Of a stretch of 64,000 nt of DNA, positions 25,301-39,003 are shown piece after piece; position 1 is the stretch's first letter; each line of letters begins with the position of its first letter. The DNA lies in NCBI GenBank assembly GCA_000934665.2, contig KZ538331.1, forward strand, positions 1 to 64,000, given 5' to 3'. The position numbers and the translations under genes are program-made. This DNA is from Catajapyx aquilonaris (lineage: Eukaryota). Under the pieces are notes generated by a model, which saw only the letters and a list, made by a program, of their open reading frames with translations, did not search any database and was not told the DNA's origin.

Positions 25301-26595
25301 ATAAATTTCATCAAAACTTTGACAGCAGAGAGGACAACAGCTGCGTTGGCATGTGCCAGACGTGGTGTAATCCTCTCACAGATGCTTTGTGCCTCACGAT
25401 CATCCTTTGGTGCATAATTAGCTAGTGAATCCAAAATAAACACTTGCCCCCACTCTGTGCACTCATTGAGAGCAGTCAAGAGCTTGTTTATGGTCTGAGC
25501 ATTCATTTCCACCAGGGGCTGGCCACTTGGACTGGCATCATTGATTTCAGAAAGGGCAGCAACAGCATTGGCTACAACCATGGGGTTGGAGTCACTCAGC
25601 AGGTCCTTCAGCTGGTCCAAAAATCCCTGGTCTTCCACAAGCTGGGCATTGATATCATAAAGCTTAGCCACACAAACTGCTGCTGTCTTACGCACATAGG
25701 GGTCCTCATCCTTGAGACACTTGCGAAGGGGCTCGCACAGGTACTCTGTGATTTTGTCAACCCTAATGCATCCCATGGTGCGTACAGCCAAAGCACGGAT
25801 CAATGGATTTGGATCCTCACAGTCCTAAAAAGAAAATTCAAATTCATAAACCATCACAAAGATGTAACACGACATCAATCTGCAGTTTGTTACAAGTAAA
25901 ACTGAGAAATTACTGCTGGTGCTGCTCAAATATCAGTAGAAATGAATGAAAACTTGTGTTTCTCAACCAGGCATACAATCGACAGTAACCTAATGTGTAA
26001 AGGATGTGCACTTCCTGTTAGACTCAAGTTCCTCTCTCCATTCTAGATAAAATTGCTCTAGTTTACTTTGGTAACTTCAGTTCCACTATGGAAGCAATGG
26101 ATTGTTAATTTCTGTAATGCTATGAGACATTATACCACCCGGCATAATTACAAGCATAAATATGGACTGTTTTATGCAACACTGTCAAACACTTCCACAG
26201 GTGGACTTTTAATAAATTAAAAATCTGCTCCATTTGAGCTCCAGTGACCTTGACAAAGGTGTTGACAGCCATGATGGCCATATCCGGCTGACTCTTGGCG
26301 TAGTTCATCAAGTACAGGTAAACCAGCTTCTTGAGCTCCAAGTTGTCTGTCTGCATGCAGTTGACGACATCAGGGAAGAGTGCCGACACATCCTTCCCCA
26401 CAGTCATGGATGCAATCACCTGTTAAAAGCAACGGGCAGTTCAGACGACGCACAGGAAAGAGAGCAAGATCATTGTCGTCGTCCCACCTTCTTGACAGCC
26501 TCCCTCTTCTTCTCCTTCTTGTCACTGTTGAGCTCAGACTTGAGTTCGAATATCTCTCCCTTCTTGGTGGTGGTGAAGTACTTGGAGTCCGTCAT
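22326..26595 (-). CDS. AP1B1/AP2B1 (Bap): AP-1/AP-2 complex beta adaptin
   Basis: [22 protein letters not shown]...; trunk [29 protein letters not shown]; hinge DLLGGGLD; ear domain ending [24 protein letters not shown]. Confidence 0.97.
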
Positions 26596-27055
26596 CTTTC
26601 TTCAAGTTGTGGGGCAGCTCTCCTCTCTGGGTGACAGGAACTAACTGCTGACGAAAAACATCCGGACTCTTATGCCACTTTTACTCGCGGACCAGCCCTG
26701 GCACTACTACTCCTGAGTGCGACCAGTGCCTGGACACCTACCGGTTCAACCCGTGTCGGACGGGGCGGCCCTCGTGCTGTCAGGCGGCGGGGATGGTCGC
26801 GGATTTCGGCCGGGCGAAGAGTTTTCCTCAGAAGACGGCGGACATGAAACGGACTCCGCCCACCGGGTGATTGGCGATTCAGAATGGTGCAGTCGATCCT
26901 ATCGTCTCCTGCCTCCAACGCCATCTGCGCGGGAATCACAAACAAGTCTAATAACTTGTTAATGTTGCAGCACAAACGATCACAAGAAGTAGCCTAAACA
27001 AGTTCTTATTCATTTTATTTTCATGAAAAAAGGTGTTGAATACAAATTGTACATG

Positions 27056-29657
27056 TCATTTGGAATTTGCAGCTGATTTTGAATGAGATGCGGATCGAAA
27101 CTTAATGGCTGTAGGAACTGCAGTGAACAAGAGCGGTTCAGGAGCATCTCTTCTAATGGGCCGGTCATAAACAGTAGAAATGATAACACGATCTGGGTCA
27201 TCATAATCACCGTCGTCTCGTCTTGGTCTGTTCTTGACGTTTCTGTTCAACTTCTCACCATGATATCCAAACCCAGCTTTAATAAGTGGATTCTGTCCAT
27301 CACTGTCATCTAATGCTTCAGGCATACCTTTGCCCTTAGGCCCCAACCCAATGCCCTCTCTCCAACCCTGCTTCTCCATGAGACGCCTTCCAACTCCTCT
27401 CGTATGTCGCTCAAATTGTCCCACTTTTCTTTTTTTCTTTTTTGCAGAAACTTTGTCACTCTTTTTTAGAAATGCACTTTGACTCAAAGTTCCACTCCGG
27501 AGCTGATCCTCCTGCCTCATGAAGAGAGAATCAGCTGCATCCTTGTCCCCTGGGCCGTCCCCAAAGTAGGCCCCGGTGTCGACATCCCAGTCATCTGCTG
27601 TCCGCTCATCAAACCCACCCTTCTCCTGGTCCCAAGTGGCTGCATCGGTGTGAAACACAAGACCAGAGCTACCCTTTTCCCAAACAATCTCCTCTTCCTT
27701 CTCATAGAGACGCTCTCGTCCTCTTCTCTTGTCATAAGCATCACCATGGAGAGCTGTGTGACGATCCCAATCTTCCTCTTCTGATGAGCTCTCAGATTCT
27801 TTTGGTTCCTTATCCTCAGGTTGCTCATGTCTTGGACCTGGTTTCCCTGCCACCTTGAACCGTGGATCAGGCCCGACATTTCCAAGAGTGATTCCTGTCC
27901 CATAATCAAAAGGGACACTACCAAAGGTACGTCTTGTTCTAAAATAAAGAGTCAAAGTTACATTAATTTTCATATTAATATTACAGAATATATTAACTTA
28001 TTGTCGATTGTAGACCAATAGAAAAAAAAAAAACTATACCTTGCTTGTGGAAACTGAAGGCCGAGAGTCTTGATGAGGCGTGGCGGGAGGCGACACTGGC
28101 GAATCATTTCCAAAAAATGACTGGAAGGAGTGCCAACATTTCCATTCACAAGTAGGCTTGGGGGATTCAGTTCAGGAAAGGAGTCCAAAGATGTTGTATT
28201 TTTTAGGTTTGCTTGAAGTACAGTGGGGACATTTTCAGAATCTGAAAAAAAATATTTAAAAATCAGGTAGGCTATTATTATACACTGGAACTATGAATGC
28301 AGATTACTTACTATTTCCATAATCCACCAGAAGTAGAGCACATCGAGTCACTAAATCACTTCCATTCCTGTCTTCCCAGTGCCGATTGTGGTAAAGTTGG
28401 AACAATGTTTTCACTCGACTCCTATGCACTCGAATTGGGCAGCACAACACTTTCTCTTCCTGAAATTAAAAATATGAAATGGTGAATTCTTCATAATTTT
28501 GAGTTGAAAACTATGCTGACACTGAACCATGTTACATTTGAAATAATGATGTATGCCTGTGTCTATGCTAACCTGTTCATAAAGACTGGCATACAGCTGT
28601 ATTGTCAATGCTAAGAGCAAAAGGTATGACGATTTTGGGGGTAATGTGGCTTAGTTCTGGATCTACAATTATGTGGTCATAAATCCTAAATAAATCAACA
28701 ATGCATAAGTGCAGATAAAATATGCCAACTTTCTTTGCAAGATGCGTTAGTATTTCCCTTTAGACACACTTCACCTTCCACATCTCCACATGGCATACCC
28801 CCTATACAATACCTGCAACTGTTCAATCAGCAATGACTGTGGCCGCCTCTTGAAGTGAAAGCATTGAAATCCACCTGTTTCCACAAATTGTGTAAAGAAG
28901 TTCCTGAGATCATCAGCGTGGAAGTTTGATGGCACGTTGGTCACTAACGCAATGTCTGTAGGTTCACAAACTGCTACATCATCATTCCCTGCCATTACAC
29001 CTGTTGAAAAATATATACAAATCAGCAAGATCAATGTAAGCAAAGTGGAGGTTAGGTTAGATTAGTTTAAGTGTCAATCCATGATATCAAGTGACAGAAA
29101 TCAGCATCATATGGGGACTGCACCAGCGCTATTCGGAAATGTCACGACTCAAGGATTTATCTCAGAGCAAAGTTCATTTATACTCCTTTTTATGCCACTT
29201 CTGATTGAAATGATCCTGGTTATTCCTAAAGTGTGTGCCAACTTGTATGGGTTTCTCCCTATAAAACAAACTTTACGTATCCACAGTCGCATTTACATAT
29301 CAGCGACATCAAATAAGCTAAAATGATTATACCAGGATGAAGTGGTGCCTTTCGAAACACCTGCCCTCCTCTAGATAAAAACCTTGTGAATTGATAAGAT
29401 TTATTTTTTTTAATATTTCAATTTTAATCACAAGTCTTGCAGCCAGACTTTGGCTGTCTATCAAAGATTACACTCTCAAGCCCACACCTGCTTATCTACA
29501 TTGCATAACTGCACGTAAGTGTGATACCTTTTTCCTCCTGAGTCTAACCTGCACGGGTATGAACCTTCTATGTTGAAGAAGGGCGTGAAATGTTGCAACA
29601 ATCGACAGACTCACCTTCTGCGTCTCCTTTCTCTTGCAGTTCCATGGGCGCCGCCAT
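27056..29657 (-). CDS. GPATCH3: G-patch domain-containing protein 3
   Basis: VTNVPSNFHADDLRNFFTQFVETGGFQCFHFKRRP, PELNPP..NGNVGTP, EDWDRHTALH, EEIVWEKGSSGLVFHTDA..W..GGFDERTADDWDVD, G-patch FERHTRGVGRRLMEKQGWREGIGLG. Confidence 0.9.
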
Positions 29658-31433
29658 CTTTAAGCAGGGTCGGAAATAAAGATGGATTTAAGTAGGTGGA
29701 TTTGTGTAGGCGGCAATGGGTTGGGTGTTTATCTCATTTCACAACAATTATATCCCTGATAATGGGTGATAATTTACAGGGTCGAATGTAAGTCAAGAAT
29801 TGCACAAGGTCAACTACTGCAATTCAGGCGGGCCGGTTTAAAATGCAAGACCTTTTGTCAACTATCAATGGCATTGCACAAATTTGGTCAAGATTTATTT
29901 GCCTTCACATACACTACTTCTGAATAGTCTTCATCATATGGAATTTTCCTGCGTCATGCTCGTATACGCACACATTATTCAATAACAGTTTAGCTGTACC
30001 GTAATGAATCAAACTTTCTCCTTAGACTATACCTAAGCTCATACATGTTGTTCTCTTCCAACCCACTCATTCAGATAAAAACCTCCTTTTGGACATTAAT
30101 TGGCAGATAAAGCTTGGCACATCTGGCGCCACATATGCCGGAGTGTGTAAGGGGTGCCATCACATCTGACATTCTATATACACAGCTCCGTCAGATCTTT
30201 CTGCGGTTAGTTGCTGAGAGGACATAGTGCGATCAACTATATATTTGCACGTAACAGAGAAACCGATCATTGGCACTCATAAATAATCGTGGAGACTGCT
30301 TCTGGCAGGTATGATAAGACATCGGATCGTATCAGTGCATATGTGGCCACGCAGGAAACTATAGAGTGCACATCGAGTGAGTCGGAATTGACTACGTGTA
30401 TCTTCATATTGGCTTCGGTAAGTCATATTTTATAGTCTTTCCTACATCTAAATTAAAATTGTCGCGCTTTTATGACGATAAAATCACAATGCAGTGATAT
30501 TAAGCATATTGCATCTTAAAAAATATGTTGTGCACTATCCAACTGACTTCATGCAACCCAATTAGCTCATTATGTGTCAGCGCTAATGAAGATTTCAGAT
30601 TGCATAGTTCATCAACATGAAGCGACGCGACGGTGCCAACTTGCTGTTTTGCATATTCCATCCTGTTCATTCATTTTCTTATCCTTGCCCTTGTGAAAAA
30701 CAATACCGCATTCACTCGTGAGTAAACGTGGCCAGTCAGTGACCAGTGACTCATATGCATGTAAAACACAGGAATTTAATGACTTCTCCTTGACAACAAG
30801 CCATGGCGTGCCTCAAGACGGGGTCTGGTGATGTCGCATAACAAGCCAGGATCACATTCGGGTAATATTTTGTAACATTGACTGCGGAAAAAAACCCAAT
30901 CAGAACTGTAATGCCGTAACTCCGTTTTCGCTTTTTTAAAAAAAATGAAAAGTGTAAAGCATTGGCACGAAATCAAAACGGACCATTTTTAACATTTATT
31001 CCATGCACAATTGAACGACCAAGCCATCGAAGCGTATTATCTGTATAAGGATTTTCCACTTTCACTTATCTTCCTAAAAATTCAGTGGTACAGTTTGGAT
31101 GAATCAGAACACACGTCTGTTTATTATTCATCAATATGCAACCAGAACTCGGCTGCAGGTACTCGGCAGCAACATATCACCTGTACAATGAATAGGACAG
31201 ATGTGATATCCACAGCTGCGGAATCTATTGAATGCATATTAGAAAAAGTATGTGTGTGTCGCATATCATGTAAGTAGGAACCGGCATCATCGCAAGGCTT
31301 AAAGAACGAATCAGAGCCCCTTTCATTACACTTCAGAGGTCAAGAAGGTTTATTTCTCTCCCGGCCTCCCCAGTTGATGACCTCAACAGGCTGGGGACTA
31401 ACTAATCAGAATGAATCTTATAGAGCCGCCAAA

Positions 31434-34400
31434 ATGATGGAGAACACACTGCAGGATCGGGACCAGGAAGGAGTTGAGGACTTTGTGTTGCTGGAGGATT
31501 TCCAGAGCGAGGAGGCCTTCCTGGATAACCTGGAGAAGAGGTTCAAGAGGGACAGGATATACGTGAGTGTTGATCATTGGATAAGGTAGGAGTATGAGTA
31601 ATTTGTGATTGTTGGCAGACATACATCGGACCTGTGTTGGTGTCGGTCAATCCGTACAAAACGCTGTCGATCTATGGAGACGCTATGGTGGAAAAGTACA
31701 CGAACATCAACTATTATGAAGCGTCACCTCATTTGTAAGTTAGGTGTCCGAAAAATTCGATGGACATTTCTAAGGATGGTGTACTTATGTTTTTAGATAC
31801 GCCATTGTGGACACAGCGTACAGGGCCATACGTAAGGAAGAAAGGGACCAGTGCATCCTAATTTCGGGTGAGTCTGGTGCTGGTAAAACAGAAGCGTCGA
31901 AGAAGGTCCTGGAGTATGTGGCTGCTGCTGCGAGACATACATCTAAAGTGGATAGGGTCAAAGAACGTCTGCTTAGGTCGAATCCGGTACTTGAAGCCTT
32001 TGGAAATGCACGAACCACCAGAAATGACAATTCCTCCAGGTTCGGAAAATACATGGACATCGAGTTCAACTTTATGGTGAATATCCACATACTGTACAGT
32101 GTACATGGTTGCTGGAGAAAGATTAATTTATTGCAAAATAAGGCAGTGAACATTTTAATTTTCCCTTGTTAATCTTACCCTTCTCCAAAAAAAATAGGGT
32201 GATCCAACTGGAGGACACATCTTGAACTTCCTGCTGGAGAAAGCAAGGGTAGTTCAGCATGCACCAGGAGAGAGGAATTTTCACATATTTTACCAGCTAC
32301 TGGCTGCTGGAGATGATGAATTGTTGGAATCATTGGGTCTTGTCAGAGATCTCTCCAAGTATCGTTACTTGCAGGTATGTCATTTTTTTTTTCCTTAGTT
32401 GATAGCAGAAACAAAAGGAATGGCATGCAATCAAAATTGTTGTTCTGTTGCCAATCCTAAGCGTGCCCATATTTCAATGCCCTCTCATGCATTTTAGCTC
32501 ACACATGCATCACTCACATTCCCAATTATTGTATCAACCTACAAGTTATTATTGAAAGTGAGTTCTCATGATCAAAATATTCCAATACCAGAGTGAAGAG
32601 GCAAAATCCAAAAAAGCAGAATGGTCATCATCCGACTCAACACAGTTTGAATCAGTATGCAATGCTCTGGAAGTCCTGAGCATGGGGGATGATGAGCGAT
32701 CTGCGTTGTTTATTCTGGTGGCTGCAGTCCTTCATCTTGGAAATGCTACATTCAAGCCAATAGATGATGATTCTTGCCAACTGGAGTCCACTGAATCAGT
32801 GTCCCAAGCAGCCACCCTACTGGGCTGTCCTGAAGATCAGCTATCTGAGGCACTGACTCGCCGCACCATAGAAGCCCGGGGAGACTCAGTGACGACACCA
32901 TTAAATGCTGACCAAGCTGCATATGCTAGAGATGCACTGGCAAAGGCTATGTATGAACGCCTCTTCACATGGTTGGTGCGCTGGCTCAACACCTCCCTGC
33001 ATTCGGGTAGCGACCAAGTTGGACGTCGCACACTGCTTGGAATCCTTGACATATATGGTTTTGAGATATTGCACTTGAACAGTTTTGAGCAGTTTTGCAT
33101 CAACTTTTGTAATGAACGCCTCCACCAGCTGTTCGTGGAGCTGACCTTGCGTTCAGAGCAAGAGGAGTACAGGCGTGAGGAGATACAATGGGAAGAGGTG
33201 AAGTTTTTTGATAATCAGATTATATGTGACCTCATCGAAGAGAAACAGAAGGGTATGATCCCACTACTGGATGAAGAGTGTACCCGCCCAGGGGAACCAA
33301 CTGACCTCACTTTCCTGGAGAAGTTGGATCGAGGTGTGGGGTCACATCCGCACTACGACAGTTACGCAAGTGGTGATCGCAAGGCAAGAAAAAGTCTGGG
33401 CAGTAATGAGTTCAGGGTGGTGCATTATGCAGGGGAGGTAACTTACAATGTTGCTGGCTTCCTGGATAAGAACAACGATTTGCTATTCTATGATCTTCGA
33501 AAAGCGATGGTTTGCACAACCAATTTCATCACAAAGGTAAGTTCACATGTGACCTTCGTGCACTACATGACTTTTTACTACTCACTGCTCACTTTTTCAG
33601 GCAATGTTCCCTGCGTGTGACCTAGACAGCAAGCGTCGCCCAGTTACGGTGGCATCCCAATTCCGCCAGAGTGTGTCGCAACTGATGACCACCTTACGGA
33701 GCAAGGAGCCCTCGTACATTCGCTGCATCAAGCCCAATGACCACAAGAGCCCAAACCAGTTCAACATTGACGTCATCCGCCACCAAGTGCGGTATCTTGG
33801 CCTCATGGAAAACCTCCGTGTGAGAAGGGCTGGGTTTGCATATCGGCGACCATATGATACATTCTTGGCACGATATAAGAGCCTATGTCCTTACACATGG
33901 CCAAAATACGAAGGAGAACCACGAGATGGTGTTGACCTTTTAGTGAAGCACATAGGTTATGGCCCGGATGACTACAGAATGGGAAAGACCAAGATTTTCA
34001 TCAGACATGCACGAACCCTGTTCAAAACAGAGGATGCTTTCCAGAAGAGAAAAGAGGAATTGGCTGCCATCATACAGAGCACATGGAAAGGGGTTGTACA
34101 GAGGAGAGCTTACTTGCGAATTAAGGTAGCAGCCTTGTTGGTACAGAAGCTCATTCGGGGCTTCCTGGCCAGGAGGAGGGCAGCCAAGAGGCGTAAGGCA
34201 TTGCAGGTGCTACAAGGATTCATGGCTGGCTATGCAACAAGGAACAATGGATCAGACACTGATGCCAACAAGGTGTTTCTAAATCTGGCACGTTGCTACT
34301 TCCTGGAGAGATTGGCACGGAACATGCCAAGGAATATACTAGACAAGAGCTGGCCACCTGCTCCTGTGCACTCCAAGGAGGTGAGTATCAATAAAATCTG

Positions 34401-35598
34401 TTGCTCACTCAAATACAGTATCCAAGTGATAATAATTATTGTGTAGAAAAGTTAATTCACAGATCATGAATGTAATAAATAAGTGGTTAGTAACATCAAC
34501 CAATTACTTTCCAGGCATCTGAATTGCTGCATAAGATGCACACTAGACTTATGGTGCGCAATTACATGAAGCAACTTTCCCCAGAGAAGAAGGAGCAACT
34601 GGAGTTGAAAGTACTTGCTGAAAGCCTTTTCAAAGGTAATATTTTCACCCACATAAACAACAGAAAGATGGATTCGATTAATTTATCATACCTACTCAAA
34701 ATTCCAGGGAAAAAGCAAAGCTATTCAGCCAGCTTACCCGAACCATTTGCTAGCAATCGCATGACACCTGACCAAATGGGCTATGAGTCTGCGTTGAGTC
34801 CCTCCGAGGTCCTAGTCTATGCATCACCAGTCACCAAATTTGATAGACGAGGATACCGTCCACGAAAACGCCTGCTCTTGGTTTCTAGACAGACTATCCA
34901 CCTCCTAGATGAGCAAGGAACTAAATCTAAGCACAAAATCCCTCTTGGTTCACTTCAAGCTGCAATAGTGTCACCTCTGTCTGATTCTCTGCTAGTGTTG
35001 AGAATCCCACCTGAGATGAAACGTGACAAAGGTGACCTCATCCTGGAGGTACCCAGATTGATAGAAGCCTTGACTCTGATCATCAATATTGCTGGGAACA
35101 GCGACCTATTGAAGATTGAGGCTGCCGAAGAGTAAGATAATAATTAACACTATTTTCTCACATAGAGCTGCATGCCAGAATAAAATGTGGGTGACTAGTA
35201 GGTCGGTCCACACTGAAGTACCCTTGCGGCCGGTAGGGGCCTCTAGGTGGAATTATTTTCCACAACTTCGTTCCTACAGACCTGGCTGTATGACTAGTAA
35301 TTCAGTCACCCCTGATTTTACTGTCGTGATGATGTACATGAAAAAATACTTTGTCACTAATTTGAAATGCATAATGAAATTATCTCATATTTTTATAGGA
35401 TACACCACAATCTGACCAATGGAAAGCAAAGAGTAATTCAGCTCCAAAGAGGTGGTGAAAGTCGAATTGAAAAGTCCAAAGGGAGGCTGACAGTGGTTAG
35501 TGGCACTCAATCCAAAATTTAAAATCCTGCAATTCCAGGGTTCTAAAGTGTATATTTCATTCCAGGTTGGAACTCCTATGGCAGTGACTGCACCATAA
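31434..35598 (+). CDS. MYO1C/Myo61F: Unconventional myosin IC (Myo61F-like)
   Basis: [22 protein letters not shown]-loop [58 protein letters not shown] motifs and a TH1 tail; final exon [10 protein letters not shown]. Confidence 0.95.
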
Positions 35599-35981
35599 CA
35601 AATTATCCAGTATTGACTTGTTTTTGAGTTTGGTTTTTGAATCAATATCTACACAAGCTTGTGGGCTTTGGGGGTATAAAATAAAACATTACTGTAAAAG
35701 ACAAAATGTTGTGGTAATAAATCATACAATATATTTTATATTTGGTGTGATACCATTTTGCACACAAACATAAATCTCTAATCAATCATGAAATCAATTC
35801 ATTAATATTCCACATAATAGAAACATCATGTGCAATATAATGGGTAACATAATTGCTGTTCTGTAATAGCGGAGTGCTGTTGTATACATTCATCATCACT
35901 TCAAACCACTCAAAAATTAACATTATTAATAATTCCGAGTCATATAGTCCTTGGAATGCATCACTTTCAATATCATCTTTT

Positions 35982-37966
35982 TTACGCCTTTTTGTATTCA
36001 ATCCTCTCTACCTTTACATCATCACCTATGAGTTGGTAGACATAGGTGACAACGGTGGCACTTTGTATATCCATCAAGACAAATGACGGGATGACAGTGC
36101 TGCCCAAAATAAAGACAAACAAGTTAGTTCACAATATAGCCAAATTACATGTACCAAAGAAAGTACAAAAGAAATCTTACCTCTCCAGAGGATTGTACGC
36201 CCCTGTTGCTGAACCAGGATTAATGTAAAACTTGTTTTCATGCTCATAAGCCTCAAATTTGTGGGTGTGTCCTGTGATAAGGATGTCTACATCCAGCTGT
36301 CTCTGGATCATTGCCAAGGCTTCAGACTCTCCCCAAGGTACCACTTGATGCCCATGGCAGAGACCAATGCGGAACTGGCCTACTGTCACTACTTTCTGCT
36401 CAGGATATGCCAAGTTCTGCAACAAATACAACACCCCATTAAGAAGTATCCTGAAGCATTGATTTTCAAAACATTGATTGACCTATGCTGTTCAAGCAAC
36501 GGTCTGAGCAAGTGTATTTGGCAGCTCAATGAATCTGTTCGCTTTATGCATCCCAAGACTGCAAATACCTCGCCTGGGTGTAACTTAGCTAATAATGCTT
36601 ACATCAAGGCTTACCGTTTTGCCCTAGAAATCTGACGCTTCATCATTAAAAGCTAAAAATTAATGTTACTTTGCAAGTGAGCGTAGAAGGCAAAAGAGGG
36701 AATACATAATATGTTGCATTGGGCAAGATGGCTGCCAATTCAGGGACACCAACCTCATCAAAATCCCCTCTGACCACATGGACATCGCTGGCAAGTGTCT
36801 TGAGGTAGTCATGTGACTCCTTTGTGCAGAGATTCCCGGTGCAAAGAATATGCTGGATTCTGCCTGGTACAAGGAGCTTCTTGAACTTCGCAGGAAGGCT
36901 GTGGCAGCGATGTGGGATGTGCAGGTCTCCAAGTACCAACACCAACTGCAGCAGTTAGGGGAAAAAAGACACAAGTTGTTAGACATGGGAGTCATCATTT
37001 TATTGCCATCCTCCAGATGGCGAAGGAATATGCCCTTCAGAAATGAAGACGACTTAATTTACTGATGAATTTTGATTGTGGGAGGAAACAGGAAAACCCT
37101 TAGAAAACGACACAAACATTCCACTGGGACAATCCAGTGAATACTATTTTCATGACGATCCTCAGCTAGACCTCGAGATTGAATGGGGGCCTTCAGAGAT
37201 GGTAGTCTCTGGCCCACAAGCCCAATAATATTCACCACGTACGTACAGCAGATATGATTTAAAGTGCAAATGGATGAAATATAATATTTTTGAATGAAAG
37301 AGTAGCTTCCTTCTCTTCAAGTTATAACATGACATGACATCTGATTGACATAGTTTTTTTTTGTTGCACAACCAAAAGTTATCTTACACCTTAAAATTAA
37401 TCCCTTGAAAACCTGCAATGCTTTCTCCTTTCTCAACTGAATTGACTGGGCACCCGCAATATCATAAGAAACAGCAGTGCTACCTTGGTACTGGCATGAA
37501 TCCACATGTATGGCTTGTAGGGGCAGGTGCATGAACGGTAACAAAACTGATTTGGGCAAGTTGCTGACGTACTGCGAGAACAGGTACATGACGTCCCTAG
37601 ATTAAATTTTCTTGGGCTTCTTTTGGTAACAGCATTTACTGGCAAAAGGTATTGCCAGTTCCCTTGTAACTTCCAGAAAATGCACCCACTGTTGCATACC
37701 CGGGTAAACCCATCCAGGGAAGTCACATTCCTGATCACAATAGCAATAATTTGTCGCAGACATGTGGTGCACATCTAATATGCATCTGATGCGAGGTTTA
37801 GTTTTACGACAGCAGCTATTGCTACATGTTCCTTTGTACCTGTCATACCGAGACCAGCCTGCATCAAGATGTACCCTTGCCTGGGAAACGGGGTAACAGT
37901 CATCTACCACCTTCAACGTGTCTCATTCCTCTCCGGGTGACACGATGTATCCGTAGAACTCACCAT
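35982..37966 (-). CDS. VPS29: Retromer subunit VPS29
   Basis: ATG|gtgagt at 37966-37964, then [13 protein letters not shown]...RGDFDE|NLAYPEQ...[10 protein letters not shown]|...PSFVLMDIQ...VERIEYKKA*. Confidence 0.95.
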
Positions 37967-38167
37967 TGTGACTGTCTGGCTGAGAAGCTGGCCGCTAAAT
38001 CAGATGCGAATTGCGGGAGACTGCGGCGGATGTCGTGGTATCTCGATCAGCGGAACACCGTCAGACGGACGACATCTTTCCCAGAGGCCGGTGGGGGGCG
38101 GGAGGGGGGGAATCACGTGATGTGGGAGCGTTCAGATCGGATGCAAGTGACGTACCATTCGCCTTAA

Positions 38168-38888
38168 AGGGCCGTTTACACTAGGAAACTTGTCAAATAA
38201 CTAGTTGTACAACTAGTTGCAATAAAACCCCCCACGTGACCAGCTTCTCGCCCCTCCCACCAACCCAACCTTGAACTTTCAAGATGGATTCCGTCGGATT
38301 CCCTATTCCCCTTCCCAGGTTGAACAACTAGTATGCTCCCTAGAGCTAAACTTTATGGCTCCACCCACAACTTATGGCTCCACCCACAACCAAAAAGTTG
38401 GTTGGATGACAAGTTGGAGCTTTTTCAGGTCAGGGTGCAACTTCCTATCTGTCCCATGTATTTTCAGGTTGGACAAAACTAGTTGCGCAACTAGTTATTT
38501 GACAAGTTTCCTAGTGTAAACGGCCCTTAAAGGGCCGTTTACACTAGGAAACTTGTCAAATAACTTTGCGCAACTAGTTTTCTCCAACCTGAAAATACAT
38601 GGGACAGATAGGAAGTTGCACCCTGAACTGAAAAAGCTCCAACTTGTCATCCAACCAACTTTTTGGTTGTGGGTGGAGCCATAAGTTGTGGGTGGAGCCA
38701 TAAAGTTTAGCTCTAGGGAGCATACTAGTTGTTCAACCTGGGAGGGGGAATAGGGAATCCGACGGAATCCATCTTGAAAGTTCAAGGTTGGGTTGGTGGG
38801 AGGGGCGAGAAGCTGGTCACGTGGGGGGTTTTATTGCAACTAGTTGTACAACTAGTTATTTGACAAGTTTCCTAGTGTAAACGGCCCT
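38168..38888. mobile_element. Two PIF/Harbinger MITE copies in inverted orientation (38168-38527 and 38531-38888)
   Basis: TIR AGGGCCGTTTACACTAGGAAACTTGTCAAATAAC at all four ends; flanks and spacer TAA / TAA / TTA. Confidence 0.9.
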
Positions 38889-39003
38889 TTAGGGAAGCTT
38901 TCTTGTTCTTTGCAAAATTCGAACGCGGCCAAGTTGCAATAATGGCGCCTTCTAATTCCCGCCAGGCTCGAGCTTCTTGACGGCGTGCTGCAAACAGCCG
39001 AGG

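Noticed and set aside
24050..25899. Several antisense and alternate-frame ORFs over beta adaptin (similar ones over myosin I and ACADS)
   Set aside because: Shadow ORFs of real coding exons.
17646..37966. Functional membrane-trafficking cluster (PITP, beta adaptin, myosin I, VPS29)
   Set aside because: Mixed orientations with unrelated genes interspersed; no sequence evidence of co-regulation, so it may be chance.
38271..38785. Twin ORFs MNFQDGFRRIPYSP... on opposite strands
   Set aside because: By-product of the inverted MITE dimer; no recognisable domain.
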